Assembly (NCBI GenBank): GCA_036732025.1
Contig: DAINDE010000009.1
Coordinates: 10,941-74,940, forward strand
Direction of reading: 5' to 3'
Length of the DNA: 64,000 nucleotides
Source: Rhodocyclaceae bacterium
Lineage (GTDB): Bacteria > Pseudomonadota > Gammaproteobacteria > Burkholderiales > Rhodocyclaceae
Shown here: positions 19,796 to 26,738 of the stretch, piece after piece
How the letters are laid out: each line of letters starts with the position of its first letter
How positions within the stretch are numbered: the first letter of the stretch is position 1
Notes under the pieces: model-generated
Seen by the model: the letters and a program-made list of their open reading frames with translations, nothing else
What the model was told of the DNA's origin: nothing
Databases searched by the model: none
Made by a program: the position numbers and the translations under genes

Positions 19796-20236
19796 ATGAC
19801 TTCTCCCGACCAGAAACCTGCCTCCTCCCCGTCGGCCCGGACCTTCCTCAAGACGCTCCATGAACAGTACCCGGTACTGCGCGACCACCTGCCCCTGGCC
19901 ATCGGCATCGACAAGCAAATCCTGGCGCAGCAGCCTGACATCGACCGCAAGATGCTGCGCCAGGCCATGCGCTTCCACACCAGCTCCACCCGCTACCTCA
20001 AGGAAATGCAGGTAGCGACGGTCCGCCACGGCCTGGATGGCCAGCCGGCCGACCCGGTGACCGACGAACAGCGTCAGCATGCTGCCGAACTGCTGCGGGA
20101 GCGTTTCAAGAAGGTTGCCGAACAGCGTCGCGCCGAGGAAGCGGCAAAGAAAGCCGAGGCAGCCGCCCAGCAGGCCGAGGCACGGCGCCAGGAGAAACTG
20201 GGACAGTTGGCTGCCAAGTTCGGCCGGCGCGCCTGA
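19796..20236 (+). CDS. ProQ/FinO-domain RNA-binding protein
   Basis: TFLKTLHEQYPVLRDHLPLAIGIDKQILAQQPDIDRKMLRQAMRFHTSSTRYLKEM matches the ProQ/FinO fold signature, followed by a K/A/E-rich basic tail. The ATG at 19796 lies two codons inside the TTG-initiated track ORF. Confidence 0.85.
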   Translation: MTSPDQKPASSPSARTFLKTLHEQYPVLRDHLPLAIGIDKQILAQQPDIDRKMLRQAMRFHTSSTRYLKEMQVATVRHGLDGQPADPVTDEQRQHAAELLRERFKKVAEQRRAEEAAKKAEAAAQQAEARRQEKLGQLAAKFGRRA

Positions 20237-20340
20237 TCGTTTCCCGGAGAAACTGTGCGGGCGATGCGAAAGGCATTTCCCGGCCGGCATAAAAACACTA
20301 CAATCGGTACGGTTTATTGCTTCCCGGGAGGTTGGCGATC

Positions 20341-21192
20341 ATGGGCATGCTGGACCGTCTGACGCAGACACTGCGGGCGCAGGGAGCCTTCCCTGGCAGG
20401 CACCGCTGTCTTGACCTGGTGCGCGATACCCTCGGCCCGGCGCTGGCCTCGGCGCCGGAATTCGAAACCATTCTCGGTCCGGCCCTGGACTTCGCGCTGG
20501 AATATTTCGAGGGCCAGATCGAAGCGATTCCCGGTCCCTTCCCCATCGCCACCGCCGCTCACGCCGGCGATCCTTTCCTGGCGGCGCTCTTCCCCGCGCG
20601 GGAGGACATCATGGCTGCCTTCGGCCGCAGCGTCGAAGTCAAGAACTTCCTGCCGACGCTGGCGCGGGACGGGCACGCCTGCGTCCACGCCCTGCTCGGC
20701 GTGCGCCGCAGGGCGGACGGTGAGCGGCAGCTTTTCGCCGACCATACCCTCCGCAACCTGGCGCCGACCCATCGTTTCGCCCGGGAGAGCCTCGCCCGCT
20801 CGGCCCTGGCGCGCCTCCTCAACGGGTTCCGCGACCATGTGGACCGTCGCCGGCAACAGGACAAGCTGTCGCGGATCGAATGGGACATGGGCAACCTCAT
20901 CCCCGCCGCCGCCGCGCCGGCGGTTGCCCGGGAGTTCGCGGCGGGCGGGGACGATCTGGCACCGGCCCGGCTGGTCCGGGATCTGGCGGCATGGCTGCAC
21001 GATCCGGCATGCGTCCTGCAGATTGGGGAGGGCGTGGCCGTTGCCGCCGGCGAAGGCAATGTCCGCCGGCTGCCCGCCCTGCGCTGCGCCGATCGCCGGC
21101 AGTGGATCGTCTGCCACGTTGAACTGAGCGTGGCCGAGGCGCTGCACGCCATCGCCGCGGAGTCCAGGGTGCATCGTTACATCTTCATCTGA
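20341..21192 (+). CDS. hypothetical protein (no recognisable domain)
   Basis: 283 aa from ATG 20341, with GGGAGG 10 nt upstream. Coding-like G/C third positions, no TM or signal peptide, no motif I recognise. Confidence 0.6.
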   Translation: MGMLDRLTQTLRAQGAFPGRHRCLDLVRDTLGPALASAPEFETILGPALDFALEYFEGQIEAIPGPFPIATAAHAGDPFLAALFPAREDIMAAFGRSVEVKNFLPTLARDGHACVHALLGVRRRADGERQLFADHTLRNLAPTHRFARESLARSALARLLNGFRDHVDRRRQQDKLSRIEWDMGNLIPAAAAPAVAREFAAGGDDLAPARLVRDLAAWLHDPACVLQIGEGVAVAAGEGNVRRLPALRCADRRQWIVCHVELSVAEALHAIAAESRVHRYIFI

Positions 21193-21219
21193 GTTGCCAT
21201 CTCCCTTGGGCGTGGGCAC

Positions 21220-21259
21220 TTGACAACTCATGTCGATATAACTACGATTATCGACATGA
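21220..21259 (+). promoter_or_regulatory. candidate sigma-70 promoter with an embedded perfect 11-bp inverted-repeat operator
   Basis: TTGACA 21220-21225, a 17-nt spacer, then TACGAT 21243-21248. The inverted repeat TCATGTCGATA (21228-21238) / TATCGACATGA (21249-21259) with a 10-bp spacer straddles the -10 and covers the ATG at 21256. Confidence 0.6.
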
Positions 21260-21567
21260 AGTCCGACTACAGCCGCGCCCTCCCTGCCGAATGGAAACCC
21301 ATGTCCAAGGTGTTCACCGCCCTGGGCGACGAGCATCGGCAGCGCATCCTGCTACTTTTCGAGGCTGGGGAGCGGCTCAACGTCGGGCAGATCGCCGAGG
21401 TGTCCACCCTTACCCGCTCCACCGTCTCCCACCACCTCAAGATCCTGCGCGAGGCCGAGGTGCTGGCTTCCGAGAAGATCGGCAAGGAGGTCTGGTTCTG
21501 GATCAACCGGTCCTATCTGGAGGAAGTGCTGGGCAACGTGCTGGACTACGTGCGGGAAAGCGCCTGA
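21256..21567 (+). CDS. ArsR/SmtB-family transcriptional regulator lacking cysteines
   Basis: 103 aa from ATG 21256. FTALGDEHRQRILLLF...LNVGQIAEVSTLTRSTVSHHLKILREAEVL is the winged-HTH of the ArsR family. The sequence contains no Cys, so classical thiolate metal sensing is unlikely. Confidence 0.85.
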   Translation: MKSDYSRALPAEWKPMSKVFTALGDEHRQRILLLFEAGERLNVGQIAEVSTLTRSTVSHHLKILREAEVLASEKIGKEVWFWINRSYLEEVLGNVLDYVRESA

Positions 21568-21662
21568 AATTTTTTTTTGTTCAAATATATCGAAATACGT
21601 ATGTATATCGTTACTTATGTGGAATGCTTCGTTTATAGTGCCGACGGGAGGGAATTGACCGT

Positions 21663-23804
21663 ATGCGTTCGCTGATCAAACCGTTGTTGCGCGGCCTGTG
21701 CCGCCTTTTGTTCCGGGTCCGGGTCGAGGGCCTGACCCGGGAATTCGCCGCCGACCGCCTGTTGGTGGTGGCCAATCACGAATCCTTTCTCGATGGCCTG
21801 CTGCTCGGGCTCTTCCTGCCCATCGACCCGGTCTTCGTGGTCCATACCGGGGTGGCCAACGACTGGCTCTTCCGCCTGCTGCTCTCGCAGGTGGATTACC
21901 TGGCGGTGGACCCCACCAGCCCCATGGCCATGAAGAAGGTCATCCGCCTGCTGGAAACCGGCCGGCCGGTGGTCATCTTCCCGGAAGGGCGCATCACTAC
22001 CACGGGCAGCCTGATGAAGGTCTACGACGGCCCCGCCTTCGTCGCCGCCAAGACCGGCGCCACGGTGCTGCCGGTGCGCCTGGACGGGCCTTCCCGCAGC
22101 TACTTCTCGCGGGTCTCGGGCAAGCATCCCCGGGTATTCTTCCCCAAGGTGCGGCTCAGCGTGCTGCCGGCGACCACCATCCCCATGCCGGAAGCGCCCA
22201 CCGCCAAGCTGCGCCGGCGCAAGGCCGGCGAGGCCATGCGCCGGCTGATGCAGGAGATGATCTTCGCCTCCCGCCCGCAGCAGACGCTGTTCAGCGCCCT
22301 GTGCGACGCCGCCGATGTTTTCGGCAGGCAGCGCCGGGTGCTGGAGGACATGAAGCAGATCGAGTATTCCTACAACGACCTGCTCAAGATGGCCCTCATG
22401 CTCACCCGCCTGGTGGAGCGCCACACTGCGGCCAGCGAGCGGGTCGGCCTGCTGCTGCCCAACCTGGCCCCCACCCTGGGGCTGCTCATCGGCCTTACCG
22501 CCCGCCGCCGGGTGCCGGCCATGCTCAACTACACCGCCGGCGTCGACGCCATGCAGGCGGCGTGCACGGCGGCGGAAATCCGCACCATCGTCACCTCCCG
22601 GGCCTTTGTCGAGCAGGCCAAGCTGGGCGACAAGCTGGCGGCCCTCGCCGGCATCCAGTTCCTCTACCTGGAAGACCTGCGCGAGGCCATCGGCCTCGGC
22701 GACAAGCTCTGGCTGATGGCCTGGGCCATCCACCGGCCGCGGGCCTTCGAGCTGCCCACCTCGCCGGAGGAAGCCGCCGTGGTGCTGTTCACCTCCGGCT
22801 CCGAGGGCAAGCCCAAGGGCGTGGTGCTGCCGCACCGGGCCATCCTCGCCAACATCGCCCAGGTGCGGGCGGTGATCGACTTCTCGGTGGACGACAAGGT
22901 CTTGAACGCCCTGCCGGTCTTCCACTCCTTCGGCCTCACCGCCGGGGCGCTGCTGCCGGTGCTCACCGGCGCCAGCCTCTTCCTCTACCCGACGCCGCTG
23001 CACTACCGCATCATCCCCGAGCTGGCCTACGACCGGAACTGCACGGTGCTCTTCGGCACCTCCACCTTCCTCGGCAACTACGCCAAGTTCGCCCACCCCT
23101 ACGACTTCTACCGCCTGCGCTACGTGGTGGCCGGCGCCGAGAAGCTCTCCGAGGCCGTGCGCAACACCTGGTTCGAGAAATTCGGCATCCGCATCTTCGA
23201 GGGTTACGGCGCCACCGAGACCGCCCCCGTGCTGGCGGTGAACACTCCCATGGCCTACCGCACCGGCACCGTCGGCAACCTGCTGCCGGGCATCGCGGCC
23301 AGGCTGCTGCCGGTGCCCGGCATCGAGCGCGGCGGCATCCTCCACGTGCGCGGCCCCAACGTCATGGCCGGCTACCTCAAGGCCGACGCCCCGGGTCTGC
23401 TGCAACCGCCGGTCTCCGAGGCGGGCGAGGGCTGGTACGAGACGGGCGACGTGGTGGAGCTCGACGACGAGGGCTTCGTCAAGATCGTCGGTCGCGTCAA
23501 GCGCTTCGCCAAGATCGCCGGTGAGATGGTCAGCCTGGAAGTGGTGGAAAAGCTGGCCGTCGCCTCCTCCCCGGCCCAGGCCCACGCCGCGTCGAGCCAG
23601 CCCGACGCCGCCAAGGGCGAGGCCCTGGTGCTGTTCACCACCGACGGCGGGCTGTCCCGCGAACTGCTGGCGGCCAAGGCGCGGGAGCTGGGCATCCCGG
23701 AACTGGCGGTGCCGCGCAAGATCCACAAGGTCGATTCCCTGCCGCTGCTGGGCACCGGCAAGGTGGATTATCTGACCCTGAAGCGCCTGGCCGAGGGCGT
23801 CTGA
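21663..23804 (+). CDS. aas: bifunctional 2-acyl-glycerophospholipid acyltransferase / acyl-[ACP] synthetase
   Basis: 713 aa. The N-terminal PlsC-type HX4D box is NHESFLDG with FPEGRITTTG. The C-terminal adenylate-forming domain has FTSGSEGKPKGV and GYGATETAP. The architecture is identical to E. coli Aas. Confidence 0.9.
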   Translation: MRSLIKPLLRGLCRLLFRVRVEGLTREFAADRLLVVANHESFLDGLLLGLFLPIDPVFVVHTGVANDWLFRLLLSQVDYLAVDPTSPMAMKKVIRLLETGRPVVIFPEGRITTTGSLMKVYDGPAFVAAKTGATVLPVRLDGPSRSYFSRVSGKHPRVFFPKVRLSVLPATTIPMPEAPTAKLRRRKAGEAMRRLMQEMIFASRPQQTLFSALCDAADVFGRQRRVLEDMKQIEYSYNDLLKMALMLTRLVERHTAASERVGLLLPNLAPTLGLLIGLTARRRVPAMLNYTAGVDAMQAACTAAEIRTIVTSRAFVEQAKLGDKLAALAGIQFLYLEDLREAIGLGDKLWLMAWAIHRPRAFELPTSPEEAAVVLFTSGSEGKPKGVVLPHRAILANIAQVRAVIDFSVDDKVLNALPVFHSFGLTAGALLPVLTGASLFLYPTPLHYRIIPELAYDRNCTVLFGTSTFLGNYAKFAHPYDFYRLRYVVAGAEKLSEAVRNTWFEKFGIRIFEGYGATETAPVLAVNTPMAYRTGTVGNLLPGIAARLLPVPGIERGGILHVRGPNVMAGYLKADAPGLLQPPVSEAGEGWYETGDVVELDDEGFVKIVGRVKRFAKIAGEMVSLEVVEKLAVASSPAQAHAASSQPDAAKGEALVLFTTDGGLSRELLAAKARELGIPELAVPRKIHKVDSLPLLGTGKVDYLTLKRLAEGV

Positions 23805-23808
23805 CGCC

Positions 23809-25047
23809 ATGGACTCCCGCAGGGCTCCCCCTTCTCCCCGCCGGCGCCGTTTCTTGGGCATGCTCGCCGGCACCGCCGCCGGCTGGGCGGCAGCGCGGCC
23901 CTTGCTGGTCAATCCCTGCCGCGCCGCCCTGCCGCCGGAGTTCGCCGCCAGCCCCTGGCTCGCCCGGGCGTGGGCGGGGCTCGACCCGGCCCAGGTCTGG
24001 GACTGCCACGTCCATGTCGCCGGCACCGGCGACGGCGGCAGCGGCATCGAAATCGGCCCCCAGCTCTCCTCCTGGCTCTACCCGGTGCAATACACCCAGC
24101 GCCTCTTCTACATGAACGCCGGCTGCGCCCACGACGCCCCGGGCCGGGTGGACGCCAGCTATGCCGCCCGCCTGCGCAACCTGGTGGAGGGCATGCCCGC
24201 CGGCTTCAAGGCGCTGCTCTTCGCCTTCGAGCGCTTCCACGACGAAGCCGGCCGGCCGGTGCCCGAGCACATGGCCTTCCATGTCCCCGACGCCTACGCC
24301 CGCTGGCTGGCTGCGGAATTCCCGGCGGGTTTCGAATGGGCGGCCTCCATCCACCCCTACCGGCCGGATGCCGTGGATGCCCTGCAGGCGGCCATCGCCG
24401 GCGGTGCCCGCGCCGTCAAGTGGCTGCCGGCGGCCATGGGCATGGACCCGGCTTCGCCCAAGTGCGACGCCTTCTACCGGGTGCTGGCCGAGGCCCGGCT
24501 GTCCCTCATCGTCCATTGCGGCGAAGAAAAGGCGGTCAAGGGCGGCGATACCCAGCACCTGGGCAACCCCCTCCTGCTGCGCCGCGCCCTCGACGCCGGC
24601 GTCAAGGTCGTAGTCGCCCATTGCGCCACCATCGGCGAGGACATCGACCTCGACGCCGGTAGCGCCGGGCCGCGGCGGGCGAGCTTCGACCTCTTCGCCC
24701 GCCTGATGGCCGAACCCCGCGCCAAGGACCGGCTCTACGGCGACATTTCCGCCATCGTCCTGCGCAACCGCGACAGCGAGCGTATCAAGGCGCTCCTGCA
24801 ACGCGGCGAGTGGCACCCGCGCCTGCTCAACGGCTCCGATTACCCGCTCCCCGGCATCCTGCCCATCGTCTCGCCGGCCGCGCTGGCCCGGGCCGGGCTG
24901 CTGCCCGCCGAGGCGGTTGCCGACCTCGAAGGCATCCGCGAGCACAACCCCCTGCTCTTCGACCTGGCGGTCAAGCGCCTACTGGCCTGGGAAGGGCAGT
25001 CCTTCCCGACGGCGGTGTTCGAGACGCGGCGGGTGTTCCAGGTTTGA
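23809..25047 (+). CDS. Tat-exported metal-dependent amidohydrolase (TIM-barrel, amidohydrolase_2-like)
   Basis: 412 aa. Twin-arginine signal SPRRRRFLGMLAGTAAG, HxH metal motif DCHVHV and later conserved His/Asp (IVHCGEE, VAHC, GSDYP). Starts 4 nt after the aas stop. Confidence 0.8.
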   Translation: MDSRRAPPSPRRRRFLGMLAGTAAGWAAARPLLVNPCRAALPPEFAASPWLARAWAGLDPAQVWDCHVHVAGTGDGGSGIEIGPQLSSWLYPVQYTQRLFYMNAGCAHDAPGRVDASYAARLRNLVEGMPAGFKALLFAFERFHDEAGRPVPEHMAFHVPDAYARWLAAEFPAGFEWAASIHPYRPDAVDALQAAIAGGARAVKWLPAAMGMDPASPKCDAFYRVLAEARLSLIVHCGEEKAVKGGDTQHLGNPLLLRRALDAGVKVVVAHCATIGEDIDLDAGSAGPRRASFDLFARLMAEPRAKDRLYGDISAIVLRNRDSERIKALLQRGEWHPRLLNGSDYPLPGILPIVSPAALARAGLLPAEAVADLEGIREHNPLLFDLAVKRLLAWEGQSFPTAVFETRRVFQV

Positions 25048-25082
25048 ACTGCAACCACTTTCTATATTCATCGGGAAAAACA

Positions 25083-26738
25083 ATGAACAACATCCTGTCC
25101 GCATCGCGTCTGGCCCGTTTCTTCATCACCGTGGCGGGTGCCTGGGCGGTGGCGCCGGCCAGCCTTTCCGCCGCGACCATCGAGAGCGCCGTGGCTACCG
25201 GCAATCTCGGCTTGTTTGGCGCGGCCGATTTTCGCCTGGCGACGGGCCGCTGTACCGACTGCCCCGCTGAAAAGCAGGCCATGTGGTATTTCGGGGACGA
25301 TACGGTGGCGGTCCCCAAGGCCGGGGCAGGGGGATTCTCGCCCCGGCTCAGGGCGCAGGAGGACGTCCGTGAGTGGCAGGTACGACGGAGTGGCCGGGAG
25401 GGGGCGGAGCGGCCATCTCCGGTGTGGATCGGTTCGCCGGAGAAAGCCGCTGGCTGGACCCTGGCCGATGACGGCGCCAGTATGCTCGGCCGGGATGGCA
25501 GTGCCCGCCCGTTTGCCCTGGTTCCCAAGATCGAGGCGAATCGCTCCTATTTCGATGCCGCCAGCCGAAGCTATTTCGCCGGCCGTCCCCTGATCCTGCG
25601 GGGCCGCACGGAGGGCGGTCGCTTTGTGGCCCGAACGCTATGGCCGGAGGATTTTGCCCTGGACAACCCGCCGGCGGCGCCCCTCGGCGCCGGTGAAACG
25701 CTGGCCGGCCTGGTACGGGCGGAGGACGGCGGCGCACGGGCCCCCCTTGCCGCCCGGGTACTCTGGCAAAAGGACGGGGGCAAGCCGGTGGCGCTTGCCG
25801 GAAAGCCGGTCCTCACCTTCATGCTCAACGGTGCCCAGGGCGACGACGACGAAGCCCACGGCGGCCACTTCGCCATCGCCACCGGGCGCTTCGGCCCCCA
25901 CGGGGAGTGGGGCGACTGGCTGGTGAACAACTTCTACGGTCTCGATTCCTACAGCGAAAAGGGCATCGTGGCGTCCATGCTGCCCATGGATGCCTACATG
26001 GGCGACCTGAACTCAGGACAGTCCTGGTACCGTCCCTCCCACATGCTGGTGGCGGTGCTCAAGGATGAACGGGCGGCGCGGGAGTACCAGGGGGCCATTG
26101 CCCGGGTTTTCACCCATTTCTACCGTCATGACTTCGTCTATCGCCACGCCACCGCCAATTGCGCCGGCATCAGCCTGGAAACCCTGCGCACCCTGGGCTG
26201 GAACATTCCCAAGGAGGGCGCGACCAATCGCCTGAAGGCTGTCGTGGCGCTGCCCTACATGGCCATCAAGGAGGGCAGCCTGGAGAGCGGCAAGAAAGCC
26301 TACGACTACCTGTCCGCGGAAGTGACCGATCTTTATCCCTTCGTCGCCTTCGACGCCATCGGCCGCGACCTGCTGGGCCGCGTCACCCGGGGTGGCGCCC
26401 ATGGGGGGCTGGAGCAATGGCTGGCCGAGGATGTGGAGGCGCTGGTTTTCGTGCGCATTCCCCAGTTTCCCTCGTCCCGGGCTTTCGGCCGGGCGCCGGT
26501 GGCGTCCTTTGACGAATACATGAGCCGCGTCCCCGAGGACCGGGAGAAATGGCAGGTAGTGCCGGTACCGCCGCGGCCCTTCCCGCCGGAGATGAAGGAT
26601 GCCGCTGCGCCCGCCGACGAATGGGAGCCGTCCTCCTACGCTGTCGCCGCCTATGGCGGATTCTTCGGCCTGGCGTCGGTGGCCGTGGTCCGCCGGCGCA
26701 AGGCGAAGGCCGGCAAGGGGAAAGGAGGCCGGAAATGA
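25083..26738 (+). CDS. exported, C-terminally membrane-anchored hypothetical protein with a His...Asn-Cys signature
   Basis: 551 aa from ATG 25083; the upstream part of the 642-aa track ORF overlaps the amidohydrolase. Signal peptide MNNILSASRLARFFITVAGAWAVAPASLSA. Conserved-looking EAHGGHFAIATG and YRHATANCAGISLETL. C-terminal TM AVAAYGGFFGLASVAVV plus a basic tail. Confidence 0.75.
   Translation: MNNILSASRLARFFITVAGAWAVAPASLSAATIESAVATGNLGLFGAADFRLATGRCTDCPAEKQAMWYFGDDTVAVPKAGAGGFSPRLRAQEDVREWQVRRSGREGAERPSPVWIGSPEKAAGWTLADDGASMLGRDGSARPFALVPKIEANRSYFDAASRSYFAGRPLILRGRTEGGRFVARTLWPEDFALDNPPAAPLGAGETLAGLVRAEDGGARAPLAARVLWQKDGGKPVALAGKPVLTFMLNGAQGDDDEAHGGHFAIATGRFGPHGEWGDWLVNNFYGLDSYSEKGIVASMLPMDAYMGDLNSGQSWYRPSHMLVAVLKDERAAREYQGAIARVFTHFYRHDFVYRHATANCAGISLETLRTLGWNIPKEGATNRLKAVVALPYMAIKEGSLESGKKAYDYLSAEVTDLYPFVAFDAIGRDLLGRVTRGGAHGGLEQWLAEDVEALVFVRIPQFPSSRAFGRAPVASFDEYMSRVPEDREKWQVVPVPPRPFPPEMKDAAAPADEWEPSSYAVAAYGGFFGLASVAVVRRRKAKAGKGKGGRK

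Noticed and set aside
19570-19989. 139-aa minus-strand ORF overlapping the start of the ProQ gene.
   Set aside because: It is antisense to the well-supported ProQ/FinO ORF and lacks motifs. Only its last 28 codons, outside proQ, are kept as a speculative mini-ORF in the findings.
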